A DNA stretch of 41,961 bases, from IMG/VR virus record IMGVR_UViG_3300045988_132610, one strand, 5' to 3'. The stretch is from a virus. The stretch's first letter is position 1; every line of letters begins with the position of its first letter. The position numbers were made by a program, and so were the translations under genes. The notes beneath the pieces are model-generated. The model did not search any database, had not been told where the DNA came from, and saw only the letters and a program-made list of their open reading frames with translations. Below are positions 1 through 7,709 of this stretch, piece after piece.

Positions 1-119
1 CCATGAGCAATCCCTTGCTCCACAGGTGCAGGTTCTTCGTGATTGCCGAACCGCCGCTGAACGTGACATCGTCGCTCGTCGGCTCCACACGCCCCTGCAC
101 ATCCTCGATGACAGCCGAA
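1..119. repeat. terminal direct repeat, copy 1 (identical to 41843..41961)
   Basis: Base-by-base comparison: ccatgagcaatcccttgctccacagg...gatgacagccgaa is present at both ends. The match starts at 41843 and runs to the last base. Confidence 0.95.
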
Positions 120-283
120 CATATGTATCCGCCCGTCAGCGGTGGAATGACGATGTTGCCCCACAACCGCAAGAGCTGATTGTCCTCGGTCGCCGTGTAG
201 GTCCGCCCTTCCACGGTGCCGGGGAATGAATTGCCGTTCGATACGATGGTCTTGGTGGTCTTCGCCATATTCCGAACGATCAT
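1..283 (-). CDS. hypothetical tail-region protein, N-terminal part of a gene that crosses the window junction (continues 41842 down to 41730)
   Basis: ATG at 283 (MIVRNMAKTTKTIVSNGNSFPGTVEGRTYTATEDNQLLRLWGNIV...) is preceded by AAGGCGGGTGGG. The frame runs off position 1 and, through the 119-bp overlap, is continuous with ORF 41730..41942 (...VEPTSDDVTFSGGSAITKNLHLWSKGLLMGAG...TAIY stop). Confidence 0.6.
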   Translation of the reverse strand, partial: MIVRNMAKTTKTIVSNGNSFPGTVEGRTYTATEDNQLLRLWGNIVIPPLTGGYICSAVIEDVQGRVEPTSDDVTFSGGSAITKNLHLWSKGLLM

Positions 284-304
284 CGCCCACCCGCCTTGAC
301 GGGG

Positions 305-764
305 CTAGTACGGCGCGTTCTGCGCGGTGAAGAAGCTCGGAAGCCCCCCCGACGGCGGCGTCGTAAGTGTCGGCGCGTTCGATGAGCACATTCGATATCG
401 CCACGTCACGGATTCCGCTTGGATTTACCTCGAATCGAAACCCATGGGAGGTGACCGTGAATCTGTACAAGACGTCTGATATCCCCTGCTTTAATTTTTG
501 GTAAGACAATATATTATTAACGGCGACCTTGTCAGTTGTCTGAACGAGCATCACGCCCGCGACGTTATCATCGCTGGCGTCCGCTCTCATCGACAAGACG
601 AGCGGAACGTTGAATGGAACCGCAACGTTGAAGCCATATCCGCCATTGGGTCCCGTGATGTGCAACGCATTATCACGGACCGTCCCATTCGCGTTACCCC
701 AATGGGAGGTGTTGGTAAGCGGTCCGGCAAAAACAGGATTGGGGAAAAGATTAATCCTCTGCAC
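305..764 (-). CDS. small tail-tip accessory protein, paralog 1 of the RINL(Y/F)P...GLPxxFxAxxxPY family; as sequenced it is frame-disrupted at a G7 tract
   Basis: GTG at 764 is 7 nt after AAGGAG and gives MQRINLFPNPVFAGPLTNTSHWGNANGTVRDNALHITG...NVLIERADTYDAAVGG. After the G7 tract (plus-strand C7 at 344..350) the frame-0 reading has no stop and runs over the next gene. The +1 frame gives LPSFFTAQNAPY then TAG at 305..307, followed by an RBS and the next ATG. It is absent from the ORF track because frame 0 runs off the window edge. Confidence 0.6.
344..350. repeat. homopolymer C7 (G7 on the coding strand) inside paralog 1
   Basis: Read directly: aagcccccccgac. Together with 922..929 it is one of the two longest G/C runs I found in the window. 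Confidence 0.95.
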
Positions 765-766
765 GC

Positions 767-1267
767 TCATGCTCCTTTACGAAAATAGACCGTCTGGAAC
801 GTTCCGCGCCCCGCGCCAAGCCGGCCGAGGAACCCGCCGAGGTACAGATACCCGGAGTTGATGTCCGCCTCCACCCTCAAGCTCAGTACGGCGCGGTGCC
901 TGCGGTGAAGAAGCTCGGAAGCCCCCCCCGAAGTGAGAGCGTACGTGTCGGCGCGCTCCACGATGACATTGCTGATTGTCACACCGTTCTGGAATGCCCG
1001 AATGCGAACACGGTCTGGCTTTTTGAATGTGAAAGTCGTCTGGACGTGACCAATCTTGTCGGAAGAGAAAAGGGGGTTCCAGCCAGAATCGAACAACATT
1101 ACATTAATGCCGGTTTGAGTCCCACTGTTTTGAATGTCAGCCGCGAAAACATAAGTGCCAGCCTCAAGATTGTCGATTGCGACATCATAATCGCCGTGCG
1201 TGATGTCGCCTGTCCCATCATTGACCAATGGCGTCAATGGTGACGGATACAAGTTAATCCTCTGCAT
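767..1267 (-). CDS. small tail-tip accessory protein, paralog 2 of the same family; the conserved C-terminus is out of frame behind a G8 tract (alternative stop at 883..885)
   Basis: ORF track 166 aa: MQRINLYPSPLTPLVNDGTGDITHGDYDVAIDNLEAGTYVFAADIQ...NVIVERADTYALTSGG, then ASELLHRRHR... in frame 0. The +1 frame after the tract reads LPSFFTAGTAPY then TGA at 883..885. The frame-0 stop at 767 overlaps an ATG at 770. Confidence 0.65.
   Translation of the reverse strand: MQRINLYPSPLTPLVNDGTGDITHGDYDVAIDNLEAGTYVFAADIQNSGTQTGINVMLFDSGWNPLFSSDKIGHVQTTFTFKKPDRVRIRAFQNGVTISNVIVERADTYALTSGGASELLHRRHRAVLSLRVEADINSGYLYLGGFLGRLGAGRGTFQTVYFRKGA
922..929. repeat. homopolymer C8 (G8 on the coding strand) inside paralog 2
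   Basis: Read directly: aagccccccccgaag. Confidence 0.95.
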
Positions 1268-1877
1268 GATTCTCCAATTCCTTTCCCGTCAAAAGCTTCC
1301 AACCATTCCATTCCTTGCGCCATATTTCGCGGATACGGTCGATAAGGAAGCACATCACGTTCGCATCATCGCCGACTGCGCCGGTGTAATACTTGAGGCC
1401 ATTGTGCAGTTTCTCGGTGCGGCACCACAGGCTGCCGACCGGAACCGTCGAAGGCTGGTCGGGCTGGACGAGGATCTGCTTGGCACCCAACGTCTTGCCG
1501 CCTTCGGCAATCGACACGTGGCAGGCGTTGAAAGCGTCCTGTTTGAGGACGGTGAGGAAATTCGACGAATCGGAAACGAAGCTCACCGTGCCGGCATTGA
1601 TGCTCGCCACGGTGGAATCAGCCGTGGAAAGCGTCAAGGATGCGTCTTCGATGTGACCGTCGGCGAAAACCTTCTGAGCGGCCACCTTGACTTCCGGATG
1701 GTCGGCATAGAGCGCCTGAGAGGTGAAATCGACCGGTTTGAGCCACACGTCCACGAGTGTTTCGGCGGCTGGCGGCCATACTTGCACGCCGTCGTAAAGC
1801 GCGTTCCAGAAGACCGGCTGGCCATTATTGGCCATATACGGGAGGCCGACTTTCACGCCGTTGAGCAGTACAACCAT
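1254..1877 (-). CDS. hypothetical tail-tip protein
   Basis: 207-aa ORF placed tightly (3-nt gap) after 1881..2642 and overlapping the start of paralog 2 by 14 nt. Natural-looking sequence with no recognised motif. Confidence 0.6.
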   Translation of the reverse strand: MVVLLNGVKVGLPYMANNGQPVFWNALYDGVQVWPPAAETLVDVWLKPVDFTSQALYADHPEVKVAAQKVFADGHIEDASLTLSTADSTVASINAGTVSFVSDSSNFLTVLKQDAFNACHVSIAEGGKTLGAKQILVQPDQPSTVPVGSLWCRTEKLHNGLKYYTGAVGDDANVMCFLIDRIREIWRKEWNGWKLLTGKELENHAED

Positions 1878-1880
1878 TTG

Positions 1881-2642
1881 TCACGCCTCCTGAGAGGAGG
1901 CGGAATCGGCGGAATCGGTCGGCATGGTATCCGTCCTGTCCTCGCCAGACACGTCGGACACCTTATCTTTCACGCTCTTCACCGCCTCGTCAATCGCCGT
2001 CAAAGCGTCATTCGCATGTGATTCCACGACCGTCTTCGATTCGGTGATGCTGTCGGCCACCGCCGCCGCCTGCACGCTCGCCGCCTGCGCACCGGCAGCC
2101 GAAGCCTGCGCCGCATTAGCCGCCTGAGCAGCCGCAGCCGACTGCGACTCCACCACGGCGCGAGTATCAGTCAAATCCTCCAGAATCTGGGAAGCCACCG
2201 TCTTGGCCTGACCCTCCGGATAAAACACCATCTGACCCGGATTCGCCGCTGACATGGCCTGCGCCTCGGACAGGGAAGAAGCAAGCAGATACGTCAGCGC
2301 CGTACCGGAATTGGGTGCCGGGGCCAGAGTACTCGCGTCCACATCGACCAGATCGGCGAACGCCACGGGCGTGCTCGAATTCGGTACCTGCACGCATCGG
2401 ACGAAACGCCAGGCGTCCGGCGATTCGCCTACCGTCACCTCGTAGGCGAACGTGTTGTCGGTCGGCGTAACATCAACGGTGGCAGTGCCGGTTTCCGACA
2501 GTCGCACGTCGAAAGAGTCGCGCACGACGATGCGCTTGCCGACCTTGAACCGGCCTGTCGGCACCACATGCACCAGTTCGCCGGCCAAAACCGCGACGCC
2601 ATCGGCGCTTGGATGGCCGAAATCGAAATTAATCTGAGTCAA
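1881..2642 (-). CDS. tail fibre-like protein with an Ala/Gln-rich coiled-coil C-terminal half
   Basis: 253-aa ORF. The C-terminal part (AVVESQSAAAAQAANAAQASAAGAQAASVQAAAVADSITESKTVVESHANDALTAIDEAVKSVKDKV) is typical of fibre shafts. It lies in the tail-tip region. Confidence 0.6.
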   Translation of the reverse strand: MTQINFDFGHPSADGVAVLAGELVHVVPTGRFKVGKRIVVRDSFDVRLSETGTATVDVTPTDNTFAYEVTVGESPDAWRFVRCVQVPNSSTPVAFADLVDVDASTLAPAPNSGTALTYLLASSLSEAQAMSAANPGQMVFYPEGQAKTVASQILEDLTDTRAVVESQSAAAAQAANAAQASAAGAQAASVQAAAVADSITESKTVVESHANDALTAIDEAVKSVKDKVSDVSGEDRTDTMPTDSADSASSQEA

Positions 2643-2754
2643 AACATCCTCCTAGAAAACAGGGATATGGAACAATGAGAAAACCCACACACACGCCCAC
2701 CCAACGGCAACATGACGATGTGTGGGATTATCCAACGGAATTGGAAAGGGACCA

Positions 2755-3627
2755 ATGCTTTTCGACACATTCGTAACCACCGTTTGGAAACCCTCATGTT
2801 CGAAACTCCGCGAATGCACCAAAGTAGGCTACGAAAGCGCCCTGAACTGCCATATCCTCCCGCAATGGAGCGGAAGGGACATGGACTCGATCAGCATGGC
2901 GGACATCGAATCATGGTTGGACTCCTTCGATAAGCCGGGAGCGGCACGCAAGGCCTACGCGGTGTTCCGCTCGATACTGCGACTCGCGTTCAAACGCGGT
3001 TTGACCGACAACGACGTGACCAGACGCGAGATACGCCTGCCACGACTACGGCACTACGAGCCGCAAGTACTGTCCGCGTCGGAAGTACGCAGACTGTTGA
3101 AAGGCTTCTACGGGCATCCGCTCGAAGCATGGCTATTGGTGTCCGTGTGCGCCGGATTGCGACGCTGCGAAAGCGTGGGCGTCGAATGGGCCGACTTGGA
3201 CTTGCGACGCGGCACCGTCACGGTGAAAAGGTCGGTGCAATGGGTGGCAGGCCATGAGACCGTCACCGAACCGAAGACCGATCTGAGCCGACGAACCGTC
3301 GCATTGCCACGGTTCGCGGTCAAACGATTGGCGGAACTACGCCACGGCACAAAGACCGGCCGACTGGTCGGCAGTCTGAACGCGAACCAAGTGGCGAACC
3401 ACTACCGCAGTTGGTGCAGGCGCATGAACCTGCCCTGCGTGCCTCCACGCAACCTACGCCACACGTTCGGCACGTTGGCGATCAAGGCCGGAACCGACAT
3501 CAGCGTGGTCGCACGACAGCTCGGACACTCCGACATCCAAACCACCGCACGGTATTACCTCAAGCCCGATCTGAGCGTCCTCAAGGACATGCAGAAAGCA
3601 TGGCAGAAACTCATATTGACCTGCTGA
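2755..3627 (+). CDS. tyrosine site-specific recombinase, candidate shufflon invertase (Rci-like role)
   Basis: ORF 2722..3627. The likely start is ATG 2755 (MLFDTFVTTVW...) after GGAAAGGGA. Catalytic signature: CAGLRRCES (Arg), NLRHTFGTLAIKAG (HxxR), LGHSDIQTTARYY (His, Tyr). It is antiparallel to the surrounding structural genes and ends 5 nt before the first crossover site. Confidence 0.85.
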   Translation: MLFDTFVTTVWKPSCSKLRECTKVGYESALNCHILPQWSGRDMDSISMADIESWLDSFDKPGAARKAYAVFRSILRLAFKRGLTDNDVTRREIRLPRLRHYEPQVLSASEVRRLLKGFYGHPLEAWLLVSVCAGLRRCESVGVEWADLDLRRGTVTVKRSVQWVAGHETVTEPKTDLSRRTVALPRFAVKRLAELRHGTKTGRLVGSLNANQVANHYRSWCRRMNLPCVPPRNLRHTFGTLAIKAGTDISVVARQLGHSDIQTTARYYLKPDLSVLKDMQKAWQKLILTC

Positions 3628-3631
3628 TAGC

Positions 3632-3643
3632 ATTCCGTAACCC
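3632..3643 (+). repeat. crossover site A (ATTCCGTAACCC)
   Basis: Shares a 12/12 match with the inverted site in the tail-fibre gene and an 11-bp core with site B. Confidence 0.85.
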
Positions 3644-3945
3644 TTGAACAGCAGCCTTTCCCATTTTTCGGCAATGTCCTGCGATTACAAAAACACAAAG
3701 GGCTTGTAATCGCGACAGTCAGCGCAAGTCCAAAATCCACATCGAATAATCTTTACGATGTGGCCGTTAATGAGACCATTGCGAACGGATTCAGACCATC
3801 ATCGCATGACGCAATCATGACTTCAGTCAGTCATGGTGGTGACGTTGCATCAGCGCTGATCCATCCAGATGGGCGAATCAGCATGTTCGGGACGTTGGCT
3901 GTCGGCCACCATTACCTGTGGCAAGGCGTATGGCCGACCGAATAG
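3634..3945 (+). other. silent tail-fibre C-terminal cassette A (103 codons, no start codon)
   Basis: Reading TCC GTA ACC from site A gives SVTLEQQPFPFFGNVLRLQKHKGLVIATVSASPKSTSNNLYDVAVNETIANGFRPSSHDAIMTSVSHGGDVASALIHPDGRISMFGTLAVGHHYLWQGVWPTE then a stop. The ORF track shows only its distal part (3760..3945). Confidence 0.8.
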
Positions 3946-3947
3946 CT

Positions 3948-3960
3948 TTCCGTAACCCAG
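3948..3960 (+). repeat. crossover site B (TTCCGTAACCCAG)
   Basis: 13/13 match with the inverted site at 4584..4596. It lies 2 nt after the stop of cassette A. Confidence 0.85.
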
Positions 3961-4242
3961 CAATGGAAACCGCCGTATACGAACGACCGCCTCACTCTAT
4001 GTCGCGTCGGACGTATCGTCACGGTCAACGGCAACGTCAAGTTCACCGTCAGTGGACAGCAGAACTACTCGACGGCGAATGAGACCATCCCTGAAGCGTT
4101 CCGCCCACTCGCCGATATGAGCATCATTGCGTTCCCGTCCTGCGGTTTCAGCCTGATTGTCGAGCGTGACGGGAGGGTGAAGATGCTTGGCGACCCGAAA
4201 TCCGCCTACTCCACGGCGCACGGCTGTTGGATGGCGGCCTAG
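3949..4242 (+). other. silent tail-fibre C-terminal cassette B (97 codons, no start codon)
   Basis: Reading TCC GTA ACC CAG from site B gives SVTQQWKPPYTNDRLTLCRVGRIVTVNGNVKFTVSGQQNYSTANETIPEAFRPLADMSIIAFPSCGFSLIVERDGRVKMLGDPKSAYSTAHGCWMAA then a stop. Its TAG (4240..4242) overlaps the TAG of the expressed gene (4239..4241) in a CTAG palindrome. Confidence 0.8.
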
Positions 4243-5084
4243 ACGAATTCCACACCATCAGGCACCGGAATGATCCTCTGGAAGCATTGGACGATATCGG
4301 ACGAGCCTACGTCTCCGATAATCGTCACCGACCCGTCAGTATTCCACCTCGCCTGTTTGCCATACGCGACGCCGCTCACGTTCGCGACGCACCCAAGATT
4401 GACCGTTCTGGAGGGCTTCACGCCCGCTTTGAACAGCCAGACAGTGAAATCGCCTACTTTCACGGTGCTTCGGAACGAAGCCAGGTCCACGAAAATCAGA
4501 CCGTCTTTGACCGTGATGGTGCTCGAAGCGCCATAAGCAGCCGGAACGAACGATGAGGTGTCCTGAAATTTCAGTTGGCATGTCTGGGTTACGGAATCCC
4601 ACAAAGCCCACCTCGGCGTGAACAGGCGTACCGGCGTGCCGACCGTGATGCCGTCAAGCGGGATACGCCACAACGGCATGTACGCGTCAACCGCACCGGA
4701 CAATATCTTCCCTGACGGAATGGTCGGGTCAGCGGCAGCCGTCGCGTTCGGCGTGCCCTTCAACACGACCAACTCCACCAGCTCATTACCGGTCTTGGAA
4801 TCTCGATGGTAGTGCGCGCAAATGATGTCATTGCGTTTCATGCCCTGCGACCCGTTGGAGATCGTCACCGATTCCGCCGCCGTGATATGCCAGTCCAAGC
4901 CTTGTATCGACGCGCAACCAGTACCGATGGTGGCCTTGTTCGCACTGCCCATCGTGCACTTGAACGCGTCGCCCCAGTCGAACACCACGTCAGACTTCGA
5001 GAACTTGGCCTGATGGATGATCGCCTTGTCCTCGCTTGAGATGTGTGCAACTCCGGCCTTGCCGTCAACCAGTTCGATAGTCAC
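4239..5084 (-). CDS. tail fibre / receptor-binding protein with an exchangeable C-terminal domain (currently expressed variant)
   Basis: ORF track gives 4239..5105. The probable start is GTG 5084, 7 nt after GAAGGAGG, in a GTGA overlap with the stop of 5081..5332. The constant part ends ...RLFTPRWALWDSVT; the variable part is QTCQLKFQDTSSFVPAAYGASSTITVKDG...IIPVPDGVEFV. Confidence 0.8.
   Translation of the reverse strand: MTIELVDGKAGVAHISSEDKAIIHQAKFSKSDVVFDWGDAFKCTMGSANKATIGTGCASIQGLDWHITAAESVTISNGSQGMKRNDIICAHYHRDSKTGNELVELVVLKGTPNATAAADPTIPSGKILSGAVDAYMPLWRIPLDGITVGTPVRLFTPRWALWDSVTQTCQLKFQDTSSFVPAAYGASSTITVKDGLIFVDLASFRSTVKVGDFTVWLFKAGVKPSRTVNLGCVANVSGVAYGKQARWNTDGSVTIIGDVGSSDIVQCFQRIIPVPDGVEFV
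4584..4597 (-). repeat. crossover site C inside the expressed tail-fibre gene (ATTCCGTAACCCAG on the minus strand)
   Basis: Plus strand reads ctgggttacggaat. On the coding strand it encodes D-S-V-T-Q, with the Ser at about codon 164. Confidence 0.85.
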
Positions 5085-5332
5085 TGTCCGACCTCCTTCA
5101 ACCATGCTTCAAACGAAGCGTCATCCTTCTGCATGAACGTCATGAAAAACGTATTGCATTTGGAACACAATTCATAGATGTCAGGCGGCACATCATCCGC
5201 GATGCGGGTCGCCTTGCCAGCCGAATAGCGGCGCACGGTGAACCATTCACGCGCCTCAGTGTCACCAGCGGCGACATAAGCGGTCTTGCCGCACTTGTCG
5301 CACACGTACTTCGAGTAACCGTCAGATTTCAC
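5081..5332 (-). CDS. small zinc-ribbon protein
   Basis: 83 aa with CDKCGK...CSKCN (two CxxC pairs). It is translationally coupled to both neighbours. Confidence 0.65.
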   Translation of the reverse strand: MKSDGYSKYVCDKCGKTAYVAAGDTEAREWFTVRRYSAGKATRIADDVPPDIYELCSKCNTFFMTFMQKDDASFEAWLKEVGQ

Positions 5333-6888
5333 TAGCCTATCCTTTCAAACGTAAAACAACCAAGCGAAGGCAACTGCCTCCACGTGCCGCCGAAATCAAC
5401 GGAAGGGTTGACACCGGTCGTGTTCTGAACCACATAGCCGATTGGGAACACGACCCTCCCGGAAGCGCCGTCGCCGACATGCGCGCTGATGACACCATCC
5501 ACGCTCACGATCGTGGAACCGTCCACCCTCACGCCGCCCAGCACGTCCGTGGACGCCACAGGCAGCGTGTAGGCGTTCGCGCCCCGTTCGACCGAAGCGA
5601 GCTTCGACCGCTCGTCATCGGTCATCATGCCCGACTTCGCACTGTCGGCAACGGTCTTGGCCGCATCGGCGACGTTCTTCGCGTCCTCGGCGGTCTGATT
5701 CGCCTTGCCGATCTGCGCCGCGAAACCGGAAGCCGTCCTGTTCGCCGCCTCGGCGACCTGCCTGACGGCATCCAAATCCTCGGAAGCGACCTCCGCGTTG
5801 ATCGTGCCGCCTGAAATCGACAGGCCACGGCCAGCCGTCAAAGACACGCCACCACCAGTCGAACCCGAAGACGAAGAGGAAGAACCGGAATAGTTCGCGT
5901 TCGCCGACTGCACCGGCAGTCCGACCTCGAAAGTCGAAGCCAAAATCCCGGAATCGATTTTCACGATCCGCTTCGTCACCACGGCGGTGACGTTGACGCC
6001 GGAAGCATGATCCGCCGCAACAATCTTGTCATCCACGCGCAGACCGTCGCCGACCTCATCGGACAACGACACCTCGACCGAACCACCGGTCTGCAATTCC
6101 TGCAGATGCTTCTTCGTCTCGGATTGCAGCGTGGACAAATCCGCGTTGGAATAGTCGTATGTGGCGCATACTTCGTCAGCGCCTACGAGCGTCTGTGTCT
6201 GACTCACCACGCCGGTCGCGTCGGCGAAATAATTGACCACCAGACGGTTCTTGAGCTCCTGCGAGCCAAGGCCGATGAGATGATTCACCGCGCGACGGTT
6301 GGTCTCGGCCTTGAAATCCACCAAGTCGGAGTCGATCGTGTTGGTGATGATGCCGACCGGCGTGATGCCAAGCAGGATGTGATTATCCTTGGCTTGGAAG
6401 TCGAGGCGTCTGCCGCAGGATGCGAGCAGATTGCGGAATCCTGTGTAGGCGTCCACGTAGCGTGGATTCTGGAACATCCAATTCGACAGAGTGGAAGCAT
6501 CGGAGGAATCGACGGTGAACACCGAATCCAAACCGATGCGCTTCAAGAGGCTTTTGAGGATGTCAGGCAGCTTGCCGGAGACGGTCAGGTAATCCTGATT
6601 CGCGTCCGGCTGCAATATCTTCGCCGCCAACATGCCAGTCCACGATTGGCCGATCCACGTGGCCGTGGACACGCCACCGGAAACAGCCACACGACGGTCG
6701 ACGATCCGGCCGCCCACGTCACTGCCGTCAATCCAGAAATACCAGCCACGTTCAATTTCCGGCGCAGACGGATCTTCGATGGTCAGCTCGAAATCGTTTT
6801 CGTCCGTGCCGCAAGCCCAATCCAACGTCACCTGCGATACGCTCGCATGTGGCGTCAGCTTGCCGTCTGCGATGATAACGTCCGCCAT
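5332..6888 (-). CDS. tail-associated baseplate hub protein (Tal-like) with a fibre-like C-terminus
   Basis: 518 aa, lying directly after the Dit-like gene, the usual Dit-Tal order in siphoviruses. The C-terminal part has a Ser/Gly stretch, an Ala-rich coiled coil and a beta-rich tip. Confidence 0.65.
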   Translation of the reverse strand: MADVIIADGKLTPHASVSQVTLDWACGTDENDFELTIEDPSAPEIERGWYFWIDGSDVGGRIVDRRVAVSGGVSTATWIGQSWTGMLAAKILQPDANQDYLTVSGKLPDILKSLLKRIGLDSVFTVDSSDASTLSNWMFQNPRYVDAYTGFRNLLASCGRRLDFQAKDNHILLGITPVGIITNTIDSDLVDFKAETNRRAVNHLIGLGSQELKNRLVVNYFADATGVVSQTQTLVGADEVCATYDYSNADLSTLQSETKKHLQELQTGGSVEVSLSDEVGDGLRVDDKIVAADHASGVNVTAVVTKRIVKIDSGILASTFEVGLPVQSANANYSGSSSSSSGSTGGGVSLTAGRGLSISGGTINAEVASEDLDAVRQVAEAANRTASGFAAQIGKANQTAEDAKNVADAAKTVADSAKSGMMTDDERSKLASVERGANAYTLPVASTDVLGGVRVDGSTIVSVDGVISAHVGDGASGRVVFPIGYVVQNTTGVNPSVDFGGTWRQLPSLGCFTFERIG

Positions 6889-7709
6889 GGCACACCTCCA
6901 GAAACGTCAAACATGGTCAAATCGATGCCATAATTGCCGGAAACCGTCAACAGCGAATCTCCGGCCGGTATCGGCTCGAAAACATATGAGCCACTTCCAC
7001 TGCCGTTGCCGCGAACGCCCTTGTCGAAAACATCCGAAACGTCGCCGTTTTCGGCTGTCAACGTTATCGTCTTCCGCAAGCCGGTGGCCGATAATGACAC
7101 ATGACCGCCTTCCGGCACTGTCACATCAACCGCATAGGTGTTGCCGCCAATCTGGAAAGACGGGTTGACGCAAGGGCCGAAAATGACCGCAGTGAACTCG
7201 GCGGCCTTGCCGGTCGGATTATTCACCGTCAAGGCGATTTTCGACGGAGCCAAATCGGTCGGCAAGTCCAGTGGAAGGTCAATCTGCGCACCGGTGCCTG
7301 CCGTCATCGGAAAGAAATGCTGCACCGGCAGCGCGCGACGCCAGACGCCATCGCAAAGGACAATCGTGTAATCGACTTGCGCGTATTCCGGCCATGGCAC
7401 CAGACCGAGAGAAGAACCGACGACATACGCCCGCTGGAACCATTCGCCATCAACGGTCAACGTGCCTGGCGTAACGGCCTGCACGTCCGAATCGAAAGCC
7501 GTCTGAGCCACGTCCAATCTTGACGGATCCGTGGTGCGGACGGTCATTTTCGCCGTCGAAGCGTTTCTGCTCACCGATTTGATGCCGCGAGTGGCCAGCG
7601 TGTACGTCCATGCGTATCCGCGCATTTCCTGCAAATCGGCGACCCACAGACTGCCGGTGTTGAGGTCGATGACCGTGCCATCGTGCGACGTGTATTTAAG
7701 CTCGCGCAT
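6855..7709 (-). CDS. distal tail protein (Dit-like)
   Basis: 284 aa, immediately downstream of the tape measure gene. Call is by position and size. Confidence 0.6.
   Translation of the reverse strand: MRELKYTSHDGTVIDLNTGSLWVADLQEMRGYAWTYTLATRGIKSVSRNASTAKMTVRTTDPSRLDVAQTAFDSDVQAVTPGTLTVDGEWFQRAYVVGSSLGLVPWPEYAQVDYTIVLCDGVWRRALPVQHFFPMTAGTGAQIDLPLDLPTDLAPSKIALTVNNPTGKAAEFTAVIFGPCVNPSFQIGGNTYAVDVTVPEGGHVSLSATGLRKTITLTAENGDVSDVFDKGVRGNGSGSGSYVFEPIPAGDSLLTVSGNYGIDLTMFDVSGGVPWRTLSSQTAS

Larger units (their letters stand above)
3632..4597. mobile_element. invertible shufflon segment bounded by inverted crossover sites
   Basis: ATTCCGTAACCC at 3632..3643 (+) and its reverse complement at 4586..4597. 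A third direct copy at 3948..3960 defines a nested invertible segment. Confidence 0.8.

Noticed and set aside
305-930. Possible diversity-generating retroelement (template/variable repeat pair) in the tail-tip genes
   Set aside because: No reverse transcriptase gene exists anywhere in the window. The two similar stretches are only about 40 bp, lie at homologous positions of paralogs, and their mismatches are not adenine-specific.
3997-4221. 74-aa minus-strand ORF in the shufflon
   Set aside because: It is antisense to silent cassette B, which is open exactly from the crossover site to its stop and resembles cassette A. The minus-strand ORF has no RBS and no link to a crossover site.
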